Counted from the whole stretch's first letter, positions 1-10,769 are shown. The stretch is DNA of 63,829 nucleotides, filler included, from Pirum gemmata (GCA_002812295.1; 10 parts of 10 records of this genome joined end to end with filler, not necessarily neighbours in it); one strand, 5' to 3'. Translations and numbers: made by a program. The notes: generated from the letters alone by a model not told the origin.

Positions 1-31
<31 letters not shown>

Positions 32-352
32 AATATAACCTAAGACCCTAAAAAACTAGAATTTCAAGAAAATTTAACGCTAGTTAACGATTTTTTTTAC
101 TAACTGGTTAGTCGTAAAAAAAAAATCGAACGAGCTTTTTTTTTGGAACGAACGAGTGAATGTTTTTTTTTGGTTAGTCACTAACCGTGATTTTCTATTT
201 TAAAAAACCAATTAATAAAAAATACTATTAGACTCTACAACATAAAGTATTATTAATAATTTAAAGTACAAGGTGATAATCATTCTTTTTTAGCGCCGCA
301 GAAAGTGAGAATTACCTACGACGTTGGCGTTGTTTAAACTAAACAAACATAA

Positions 353-620
353 CTATGGTATTGAAAAAAAAGAAGAGCTTTCATCACGATCACAAACTAA
401 ACCACATTCTTCATAATTATCCACAATATAAATATTAGTGATTGTGTTTCGTTTGCATCCACGACAAGTATTAGATGTGTAAGGTTCATAACTATAAATG
501 ATAACAGTGTCAGTCTTTTCAGCCACTTCTTTTAAACTTAGCAAAACTGCCTGGGGTAAATGTGATTCTTTAGAATAGTTTACAACGCTGGCTATTAGTA
601 ATAGGGGAATTGGTTATTGT
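353..620 (-). pseudogene. Fanzor/TnpB-like RNA-guided nuclease, C-terminal relic (RuvC-II/zinc ribbon/RuvC-III)
   Basis: Minus frame reads ...ESHLPQAVLLSLKEVAEKTDTVIIYSYEPYTSNTCRGCKR...NYEECGLVCDRDESSS. This matches the TnpB/Fanzor pattern SH..(L)..A....V....ExYTSxxCxxC...CxxCG...DRD. The third Cys is TAT (one change from TGT). The N-terminal part is absent. Confidence 0.72.
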
Positions 621-656
621 ATTTTTAAAAAAAAAAAAAAATTTGTATTTTCATTT

Positions 657-890
657 CAAATTTTGTTCAAACGAAAAAGCAATAGGATTGGTTGAATTTG
701 TTTTCCATTTACGTAATAAATTTCTGCAGAATCGGTCGTTTTTTGTATTTTTTTCCCAAATTTTGTTCCAACGAAAAAGCAATAGGATTGGTTCCCTCTG
801 ATGCTTCTCTGTAATAAAATTTTTTTTTTTAAAAAAAATTATAAATAACCTTTATTTTTTTTCCAAATTTTGTTCCAACGAAAAAGCAAT
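657..890. repeat. Three spaced direct repeats CAAATTTTGTTC(A/C)AACGAAAAAGCAAT(AGGATTGGTT)
   Basis: Copies start at 657, 757 and 864 (period 100/107). The first two are 37 bp and the third 27 bp. Confidence 0.85.
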
Positions 891-1283
891 TTTAGAGGCC
901 TAAAGTTCCTAGTAAGTAATACTACTATCATACTCTAGCTAGCTAGCTAAAAGATTATTATAATAAATGAAATATTATTTTTGTCTGTGACATTGTGCCT
1001 ACCATGGTATATAATATACTTTCAAGCAATAAAAGGTATATAAATCTAGGCATCCCAGAATCAAAAATAAAATTATAAAAAATAACACAAAAATAATAAT
1101 CAGCCACAGTAAAAAACTTACAATAATAATTTATAATAACATTACCTACTAAACATTTTTTTTAAAATAAACAATAAGAAAAATATTATAACATTGCCTA
1201 CTAACCATTTTTTAAACAAAATAAGAAAAATATAAAATAAATTTAAACCTAGAACATTCTGCTACTATTTTTCAATAGTAAAA

Positions 1284-2474
1284 ATGGTTTCAATTTCCAA
1301 CAATGCTGTTCTTATGTTTGCCGTCGCACATAGTATGCATATTATCAACGCTCAAAGTACCCCGTCAAACTGGCGTGACATCCACGAAGGCTATTCTGGT
1401 TATCCAGCTGGTCAAATGTTAGAAATTGCCCTTCGTCGTACGCACAAAGATGAAAAAATGGAAATGTTTAAATGGCGAGCGGAGTTTATTGCCCAGTTGG
1501 GTGTTCAACCTGGCCCCCAGGTGGAAAGAGAATGGGAGAGCATTTCTGCTGTACCAGCTAATACTGGGGATGGTACTTGGACTGGGATGACTTTATGGGA
1601 AAATCAACAAAGATGGCATGATATGGGTAACATGCTTTGGGATGGTGGTAATAGTCCTGTAGTTAACGGCTGGCTCAAGACTATGAACATGACTTTACTA
1701 CACGTTAAGCCCATGACCGACGATTTTGACATCCACAAGTTAGCTCAAACTAACGATGAAGTCCTCGAAATGGGGATCTTAAATTATCCAACACAAGATT
1801 CTTCTAAAACATTAACCGAAATCAATGCCTACCTTGCAAAATTACCAAACAAATATTTGTTTGAATGTCATCCCAACTTTGCAGGTCACTATGCGCCGTT
1901 AACCGTAGCTTATGGGAGTGATGGCACAAACGGTGGTGGTTATCCAGCAGAATCTGGTGAAGATTGGTTTATTTATATGGCGGTACACGAAAACCAACAG
2001 AAATTCACTCAAAGCCGACAAGATAACAATGTTGAATTTCAATCCATGTTAAACGCTATAACCGTTAACCAATCCGATATCCAATTAGTAAAACGTAGTA
2101 CTTCAATGGTATGTTGTAAAGCAGATGGAATGACTTGTAGTTTAGATCCTGATACTTGTAATGTAGAAATTTTGGGTTTTGGGGATACTTTAGCTAAAAA
2201 CTGCGGTGAATGTCCTAAACCTTGTTGTTTAGCTATGGGTGGAGGAATATGCTCAATGCTTTCTTCTAAAACATGCATAGAAACTGCTGGAAAGGTTGCT
2301 GATAATTGTACTCAATGTAATGAAGATTATATATCAGGTACCAGTACAAGCACTATACTTCAAGCACCTTCTTCAACACCACCAACAACTGGGAGCGGCA
2401 ACACAGCAGGAGAAAAGGTGATGGTATCTAATATTCTCTTCCTTTTTGGTTTTGTTTCTAAACTTTGGATGTAA
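1284..2474 (+). CDS. Secreted, probably GPI-anchored protein with two tandem ABM/dimeric alpha-beta-barrel-like repeats and two Cys-rich repeats
   Basis: Intronless 396-aa ORF with a signal peptide. Internal repeat MLEIAL...GMTLWENQQRW / VLEMGI...YMAVHENQQKF, two CC..C..C..C..C modules, S/T/P linker and hydrophobic C-terminal tail. The domain call is by eye only. Confidence 0.85.
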   Translation: MVSISNNAVLMFAVAHSMHIINAQSTPSNWRDIHEGYSGYPAGQMLEIALRRTHKDEKMEMFKWRAEFIAQLGVQPGPQVEREWESISAVPANTGDGTWTGMTLWENQQRWHDMGNMLWDGGNSPVVNGWLKTMNMTLLHVKPMTDDFDIHKLAQTNDEVLEMGILNYPTQDSSKTLTEINAYLAKLPNKYLFECHPNFAGHYAPLTVAYGSDGTNGGGYPAESGEDWFIYMAVHENQQKFTQSRQDNNVEFQSMLNAITVNQSDIQLVKRSTSMVCCKADGMTCSLDPDTCNVEILGFGDTLAKNCGECPKPCCLAMGGGICSMLSSKTCIETAGKVADNCTQCNEDYISGTSTSTILQAPSSTPPTTGSGNTAGEKVMVSNILFLFGFVSKLWM

Positions 2475-3212
2475 GACTATTGGTAACTGGTATAGGTCTT
2501 CTAAAGCTTAGGGCTAAGGCTTTTTTGTTTTTCTTTTTTTTTTCTTCCAGATCATGATCAAGATTATTGTACATGAAAGGGCTTCATCTTCGTTTCCTTT
2601 TTTTTAAGTATTAAAAAAAACCATAATTATAATATATTGTATGCATATAGTATATGCGTTGAGTATCATAATAAAAATAAAAAATACAATCTAAAAGTTC
2701 CAGTCTTTCTGTATAATCCCCTCACACCACCTCTCTTCGTTTTTAGTTTTGTTTCTAAACTTTGGATGTAAGCCTATAGAACTGTCTTCTAAAGCTACTT
2801 TTTTAAAAATTTAAATTTGTTTATTATTATTTTTTAAAAAAAACAAAACGATAATTATATTTTATGCATATTGTATATTCAGTGATTATCAATATTATAA
2901 TAAAAACAATAAATATAATAGTAACAATGAAATATTAATAATACTTTTTTCTATTATAATGAATAACTTTTAACTAATAAGCCAAAAATTATTATTATAA
3001 TAATAATAAAATATTTAATAAAAAGTAAAATATTAATAGTAATCTTATAGTAATAATAATTGTCATTTTTAAATCAATACATAGATAATAAAATATACCA
3101 AATTAAATTAAATGGATCCATATTGTTTTAATTTGGTACTATTTATTGTATAATTTAAGATCGACAAAACCACCATCAAAAGCAAAAGGGAACCTAGCTA
3201 GAAACTGTCTTT

Positions 3213-3232
3213 GCTACTACTACTATTACTAT

Positions 3233-3270
<38 letters not shown>

Positions 3271-3347
3271 TTAATACTACTACTACTATTACTACTACTA
3301 CTAATACTACTACTACTATTAAAATACTACTACTACTATTATTAAAA

Positions 3348-3383
<36 letters not shown>

Positions 3384-3403
3384 GACTACTACTACTACTA
3401 CTA
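3213..3403. repeat. (TAC)n microsatellite
   Basis: Direct reading. Confidence 0.9.
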
Positions 3404-3654
3404 GTCTACTAGAACTCTACTAGACTAGATAATAAAAATAACATTGAGAAAAATAACAAAGAGCCACAAAAGTCCTAAAAACGTCTAACTTCTCGGTTTC
3501 ACTAAAATTTTTTAGTTTTCGAAAAAAATAATTTTATAGTTATTAAATAGGTTTAAAATTTTCGAACAGGTATGTATAAAAAAGTGGGACTTTTAATTAA
3601 TAAAAAAATAAGACGTTTTTAGATTATTTGTACCATAAACTATTGGGCTGTATA

Positions 3655-3813
3655 AAGATAAAATATACAATAAAGAGTACCAAATTAATACAATATAAAC
3701 TCATTTCATTTAATTTGGTATATTTTATTATTTATTTACTAATTTAAAAACGTCCAATTAAATATTATAACAAACCAAATAAATATTCAGAGTGACAAAA
3801 TAAAGGAAAAGCA
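3655..3813 (-). mobile_element. MITE family A, truncated copy
   Basis: Matches family A interior and ends GTGACAAAATAAAGGAAAAGCAC. Confidence 0.8.
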
Positions 3814-4366
3814 CAATAAAAAATTTAATTTTCTTTTATGGCCCTGGTTTTAATTTGAAGAGTTTTTTTTTTGTCAAAAAACTTCCGATAGACTATCGGA
3901 AGTTTTTTGACCAAAATAATTCGAAACGCAAATTTAGACTCGAGTCATAGTTTTTTTTAACTTTGCAGTTAAATATACATATGACATTTTAGCGCCGAAC
4001 AAAGAAAAACTTTTTTCGCTAACTTCGAATATTAATTGACCATTAATGAGATTAAAATAAATATCATAAATTAAACTGGCGAACATATTGGTGAAAGAAT
4101 TATTCAAAAAGGTCAAGTGGTTCACTATCTATAAGCAATAATCATTGCGAAAGTTTATGAAGTTGACTTATGCGCGGAGAAATGGCTTGGCGGAAAAAGG
4201 TAATCTAGATTCTAAAAATAGCATAAATTGTTTTTTTTTATTGAATTTAGTATTTTCTCCTCCTTTTTTTAGCTTTTTTTTTTTTGATATGTTGAAGACG
4301 TAGTTAATAATTAGAATAATATAGAAAGAGTTTAAACACAAATAAAAAAGAAAAAGAGATTTAAGC

Positions 4367-4606
4367 TTTGACGTTGCTGCATGATGGAAAGGTAAGACAG
4401 AATCGCTTCCTATTCTCGCAGCATGTGCTTTTAGGATACTTGCTATACCAGCGTCTGGTGCTCCAGCTGAAAGAGTCAATGCTAAATTGGAATTCCTCAG
4501 TCGTGGAAACAAGAGTAGAATTGATGCTACGACTTTAAGTAATAGAGTTGTAATGTCAAATAATGTAAAGAATGAACTTATGAACCGGTTTGTTTTCGGA
4601 CAATAG
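4367..4606 (+). pseudogene. hAT transposase C-terminal dimerisation domain relic
   Basis: FDVAA*WKGKTESLPILAACAFRILAIPASGAPAERVNAKL...KSRI matches hAT D..WW......P.L...A...L.IPAS....ER.FS. The first W of WW is TGA. Confidence 0.85.
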
Positions 4607-4822
4607 CTACTTTAGTACTACTTTTTTCCTTTTCACTTTTTCTTTTTGTTACTTGTAAACATTACCAACAAATATGACCAATTATAGTAATCACTATACT
4701 AAATATAGACCAGACGAAACCACGTGATCGGGCGGGATAATTTTTTTTCGGGACGGGACAAAAAACGACAAGATCGGGTCGGCGGGAATTTTGGTAAAAA
4801 AAGTTCGGATTTAACAACCCCG
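4607..4822 (+). mobile_element. 3' terminal region of the hAT element
   Basis: TCGGG/GCGGG subterminal motifs and end CGGATTTAACAACCC. Closely similar to 48150-48353. Confidence 0.8.
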
Positions 4823-5010
4823 GTGAGTCGGTGACTCCATAGATTATGGGTAGAATATGAATCTCTATGATAGCTACTAGTCTAGTCTATATATAGGTAA
4901 TAAATTAATATGAAACCATTTAGTAATGCTTACATTAAATGTGACCATTTTAGGAATAATTGTCCTTTTTGGTAATATTATTAAATAAATAAGTAATTCA
5001 TAATCATAAT

Positions 5011-5041
<31 letters not shown>

Positions 5042-5076
5042 AATATTAATAACAATAACAATAATAATAATAATAG

Positions 5077-5143
<67 letters not shown>

Positions 5144-6345
5144 TCTCAAGACGTTCTCAAAAATAGCTCGCTCAACTATTCAAAGTTACTAAAGGCTTGA
5201 CGGGTATTCTCAAACCTAACCCTAACTCTAACCACTCACAACCCCTCCTTATTACCCCTGACCCCCCCTGACTCTGACCCTTCTCAGTTCTCCTTATAAT
5301 ATCATATAATTACCACCCCTAAACCCTACCCCATCTCTTATTCTAACCCATCGATGACCGTAACCATAACCCTATGAAACCCTAACATCTTTCTTTATAA
5401 GCAGCAGTTGATTTAGTAATTTATCAACGTACCATTCTTTCTGAAACCTGTTTGTTACTAAGAAGCAAAAAAAATAATGTTTTATAAAAAGGTTAGTTTT
5501 CCTGTTGGTTTTGTTCGAAGGGTTTTTTGAAGTTGATTTTTGGAGTTTTCTCAGAAATGTTTTGCATCAGAAAAGCCTTCAACTAGCTAAGTTAAAAGTA
5601 TTGAGGCCCTATTAAATTTTTATTTTTTACTATGCATACACTAATACTACCACTAAATTACCATACAGTCATGTTAGATTTTAAGACTATCGAAAGTCAT
5701 GTTCTAACTAACGAGTATCGAAAATTTATAAGTGACAATAATACTAGCTAGGTGATAATATAGTATAATAGTGTATAATATAGTATGAGAAACTATATAA
5801 TATCATAATAGTTAATAATCATACCACTTTGGAGTTTGGAGCAACATACTACAACAGTAGGAGTAGGAGGGAACTTCGCTAGCTAGCTAGCTAGCTACTA
5901 GAGAGGGGAACTTCGAGGACTTAGTCTAGTTAGGGCCTTAGACTAACTTCTCTAGCTAGCTAGTAGTCTAGCTAGTTTAGTCAAGTAACGAATAGTAGAC
6001 TAGCTAGCTAGCCAGCTAGAGTAGACAACCATCAGTAGCTATCTATCACTAGCTATGATAGTAGCTGGCTACTTAGCTAGTGATAGCAAGAGGACTGTCT
6101 AGAGCTAGCTAGTCTAGTAGTGGGCACTGAGGTGCACTGAGCTGCACCTAAGTAGCTACGGTTAAAAGCTACCTAAGTGCTGGGACCAGGGTGCTGGACC
6201 AGGGTGCACTGAGGGAGACTATGACTGGGAGACTACTGGGAGAGTGAATCAAAAGACCTTCATTGGACCATAAAACTTGGATAGTGATATTTATTACTAT
6301 ATTTAGAAAAAGCCAACATTTTTTTTTTTTTTTTTTTTTTTTTTT

Positions 6346-6445
6346 NNNNNNNNNNNNNNNNNNNNNNNNNNNNNNNNNNNNNNNNNNNNTTAATTAATTA
6401 ANNNNNNNNNNNNNNNNNNNNNNNNNNNNNNNNNNNNNNNNNNNN
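6346..6445. other. Artificial scaffold linker (44N-TTAATTAATTAA-44N)
   Basis: Six-frame-stop core flanked by Ns. Identical at nine positions. Confidence 0.97.
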
Positions 6446-6519
6446 TATAAAAAATATTTACAGATTTGTGAGTGTTCATCATAAATATCACTGAGTAATG
6501 TAAAATAAATAAATAAATA

Positions 6520-7075
6520 AAAGGTAACTGAAGTAACTCACACAGGTTACTGAACTGCAACTAACGCTAGTTACCGTCTATTTCATTACAGTTGCCCTCT
6601 CAATCTTTAATTTGGTACTGTTCAAGTGTATAATTGAAATTGTTTATTAATATAAAATACAATACTAAGTATAAAATACTAACCACAATAATAAATTGGT
6701 GGGTTTATTTCAGTTTTTTTAACTGGACAACACTATTGAAAAACACAACACAGCAGAAAGGGTCTAAGTGACTTTATTCTACTATCATACTATAGAAAAG
6801 GTAACTGAAGTAACTCACACAGGTTACTGAACTGTACCTAACTCTAGTTATCGAGTGTTATCGTCTATTTCATCACTGTTGCCCTCTCAATCTTTAATTT
6901 GGTACTGCTCAAGTGTATAATTGAACAGTATTGAACTTGTTTATAAAATACTAACCACAATAATAAATTGGTGCATTTATTTCAGTTTTTTAATTTTAAC
7001 TGGACAGCACTATTGAAAAACACAATACAGCAGAAATGGAAATAGTATAAATGACTCTAATCTACTATCATACCA
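6520..7075 (+). repeat. ~280-bp tandem duplication, each unit holding a MITE family B copy (6572-6750, 6859-7027)
   Basis: AAAGGTAACTGAAGTAACTCACACAGGTTACTGAACTG at ~6520 and ~6797, each followed by a family B sequence. Confidence 0.85.
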
Positions 7076-8334
7076 TGATAGCTCTATTAATTATACTATC
7101 ATACTATGGTAGTTAGCTGGTCTAAACGCTATCATAATTGAGTAGCTACTGAGTGCAGAGTGCCAGTATTACACTTGTGTTACACTTATCTAGTAGCTAT
7201 AATTAGCTACTAACTAGTAGTCTACACTCGAAAACTATTTTTGTGTAGTGTGGGACGGTGCGGGGTGTGTAAAGTTAACGTTGTTTACACAAACACTTTT
7301 TTCAGAAGAAGAAAAAAAATGTACACAGACAGGACTACTAGCTAGCTTCAGGCTAGCTAGTATAGTAGCATGTATGCATACACAGCTAGGTATACACAGG
7401 TATCATACAGTACACTACAGCCTACTACAGCTTAGCCAAGTTAGCCTACAGTACTCTAGCACTCTCTACTAACTCTAATAGTAGCTCTATACACTAATTT
7501 ATAATGGTCTCTTGAAATTGAACTTTTTTTTCTCCACATTTATTTACAAACTCTCTGTATATTATACTTGTGTCTAATTATATCCTAGTCTAATTATCTA
7601 ATATGGATTAGACCTACACAGTACACACACACCGATCATAGTAACACACACCTATCATAGTAACTGTAACACACACCCATTATAGTCTAGCCCATTATAT
7701 ATCTATAGTCTAAAGTTCTAAAGTTCTCTAAACACTATGTACACTTTGTACACTCTAGTAGCTACTAGCTAGTGGTGTGTAGTACACTGTAGAAAACTAC
7801 TGTAGATATGATTCAGTAGTGACTCAGTGAGTATTCAGTGTATATACAGTACCACGCGCTGTGTACAGTGTAGGCAGTATAGTTAAATATGGATATAGAC
7901 TATATAGACCCGATATAGATTTTTTAAAATATAGACCAGCATTGAGGAGAGCATTGAGGCTGCAGCCACACAAAAAAAGTACAAAAAAGCTCAAAAAACA
8001 AAAAAAATAACAGATCAAATATAAAAAAGTATAAGTTGAAAAAGAAGAACTAAATAAGAAATCAAAAAAGTTTGCTCAAGTTAATCGGCCAATGCAAGAG
8101 CATCGAAATTATAATCCTGGTGTCAATGGACAATAACCAACACATTTTTCACATTTTTCAGTCATTTTTCACACTTTTTTCACTCATTTTCCCAGCATTT
8201 TTCCACTATTTTTCCTCAGCTCATTTTTCACTCCTTGTTTCTCACTCATCCCCCCCCTTGGCATTTTCCCCATGCTTAGTACAGTAGTACTGCTTACAAG
8301 CTATAGTATTATCGTATTATAGTACGAATTATCA

Positions 8335-8490
8335 TGCTTTTCATTTATTTTGTCACTCGGAATATTTATTTGGAAGGTTTTAATCTTTAAATTGACATTT
8401 TTAAATTAATAAATAGATAATAAAATATACCTAATTAAATTAAATGGATTTATATTGTATTAATTTGGTGGCAAAATAACTGAAAAGCAC
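8335..8490 (+). mobile_element. MITE family A (internal deletion)
   Basis: TGCTTTTCATTTATTTTGTCAC ... CAAAATAACTGAAAAGCAC termini. Confidence 0.85.
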
Positions 8491-8595
8491 TATAGACTAA
8501 TAGTTTTTTTAAAAAAAGACAACCTTCACTTCTACGTGCATACGGTCTTGTCCATTTCATCAAGGCCTTTTAATATCGATAGTTTCAAACTGATA

Positions 8596-8790
8596 CCAAA
8601 CCAAACCAAACCAAACCAAACCAAACCAAACCAACAACCAAACCAAACCAAACCATACCAAACCAAACCAAACCAAACCATACCAAACCAAACCAAACCA
8701 AACCAAACCAAACCAAACCATACCAAACCAAACCAAACCAAACCAAACCAAACCAAACCAAACCAAACCAAACCAAACCAAACCAACCAA
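8596..8790. repeat. (ACCAA)n microsatellite
   Basis: Direct reading. It explains the spurious ORFs at 8532-8988. Confidence 0.95.
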
Positions 8791-9876
8791 AATAAGCAAA
8801 ACAAATTAAAAATAAACATAGAAAAACAAAACCAAGTAAAACAAAACAAAACATTTTTTTTTAAAAAAACAAAAACAAAACAAAAAGCCAATGCTAAAGC
8901 TAACGCTACCCCTGATGCTATCCCTAAAAGCGCTAACGTTAAAACGCTGTCCCCTACCATTGTCCTCTTAATAACCTCCCATCCCTAAGCTAGCCCATGG
9001 TAAATAGAAAAAATGTGTAAAATAATAATAATATATAATAAAACATAGTAAACACTAATGTCCATTCAAACTTTCATACTTCTAAAGAGCCCCTACGTAT
9101 ACAATGATCGCTAACCTCTGAATTACTGTTCTCTTCACTCACATCGACGATCAAGGTTTCAAACTAAGCTAACTAATTATTATAATATGATCAGTTAAAT
9201 ATTAATAATAAAGGCTAAATAAGTTGTAATTATGATAAATAAAGTTACAACTCGCAAACAAAGCTATAATGAAGAAACCTAAAAGATTTTTTTTGATTAA
9301 TAAATTAAATTTAACAAATGCATGTATTATGAATATAGAAGTATTAATTAAAATAATCACAAATTGCAAAAGTAAAATCGATTAATTTAAAATTAATTGA
9401 AGGCTATGAACACAATATTATTGAAAAAGTATTAAATTAAAGAAAAGTTATTAACCCAGACTTTGTGCTGAGAGACTTTGTGTAACAGTGTGTAACGTTA
9501 TATAACGTTATACTGTTTTTTACATTTTTTTATTAGATAATATCATCATTACTATTTATAAATAGATTTATTTACTAATAAGTATAATTTACTATATAAT
9601 TTTTATATAGTAAAAAAGTCCCAGGCTGTGTCCGAGCCTCTGTCCGCCTATTGCGACATAGTAAATGGGACAGATTTGTATTTTGGTATCCATAAGTATA
9701 TTTTTCTTACAAACACCTTAAGATATTTTGGTTGGTCAATTAAAAAAAAAAAATTAAAAAAACCCAATAAAATAAAGGCATTAATCCCAATAAAATATAT
9801 TATAACAAGTATAATATATTATAATATGATTTATAATATGATAATAGAATTATAGAACTACCAGGAAGTTAGGACC

Positions 9877-10039
9877 AGGAAAATATCATTAATGACGTCA
9901 TCATTACACACCACAGACCTTCCACCTTCTGACCCTATCAGATGAAAGTTTTAAGCTTAAAAAATTGCTATCTAAGCCATTAAAATGGAAATCTTGAAAA
10001 AGAATATTCAAAAAGTGACGTCATTAATGAATGTTCCCC
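9877..10039. mobile_element. PIF/Harbinger-like MITE family E
   Basis: Imperfect TIR GGAAAATATCATTAATGACGTCA ... TGACGTCATTAATGAATGTTCCCC, related to families C and D. Confidence 0.65.
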
Positions 10040-10430
10040 TACCACCACTAACACAAAAAATCAGATCAGGCCTTCAACCAGTGGAAAGGAAGAAAAAAAA
10101 AAGCTAGAAAAAAAAAAGAGTTAATTGACATATTTAGAACTAAATCTTTAGAAAAACACTCTAAAACCAGCGTAACCGGCAGCGTTAGTCGAGCCCTAGC
10201 TAGTAGTAGCAGAGCTAACCTATCTCGAAAGCCCTCTCAAAAGCCTTGACAAACTTCAGACAAAGGGTTTAACGAAGGGTTTTAAAAGGGTTCCCTCAAA
10301 ATGTTCGACCCTAGTAGCTAGCGAGCTAGACTACTGGTTAAGATTATTTTCTGCTAATAGATTTGGTTACATTTTTTACACATTTATATGCATAACAACA
10401 GTATTTATGTTGAATTCAGGTTTTGTTATC

Positions 10431-10601
10431 GTGCTTTTCATTTATTTTATCACTTTGAATATTTATTTGGAGGGTTATAATATATTTTTTAAATAAATAA
10501 ATAGATAATAAAAGACACCAAATTAAATTAAATGGTTCATATTGTATTAATTTCGTACTATTTATTGTATACTTTATGATGACAAAACAACTGAAAAGCA
10601 C
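10431..10601 (+). mobile_element. MITE family A
   Basis: Imperfect ~22-bp TIRs GTGCTTTTCA.TT.TTTT.TCA ... TGACAAAACAACTGAAAAGCAC. Confidence 0.9.
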
Positions 10602-10714
10602 AATATAGTCTATCTCGTGTGTTATAGTTTAGCGTAGTGTATTATTATTATTATTATTATTATGAGAAAAGCACAATATAGTCTATCTAGTGTGTTATAG
10701 TCTACTAGCGTAGT

Positions 10715-10745
<31 letters not shown>

Positions 10746-10769
10746 CATTATTATTAGTTTATTATTATA

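Noticed and set aside
657..890. CRISPR array
   Set aside because: Eukaryotic context, only three repeats, long AT-rich spacers sharing a motif, and no cas genes. Kept only as a repeat and a cautious finding.
4168..4512. 114-aa minus-strand ORF
   Set aside because: It is the antisense shadow of the plus-strand hAT transposase relic.
6390..6401. TTAATTAATTAA as a piggyBac site or regulatory motif
   Set aside because: It is the synthetic six-frame-stop core of the linker.
8532..8988. Overlapping ORFs with FGLVW/NQTKP repeats
   Set aside because: Translations of the (ACCAA)n microsatellite.
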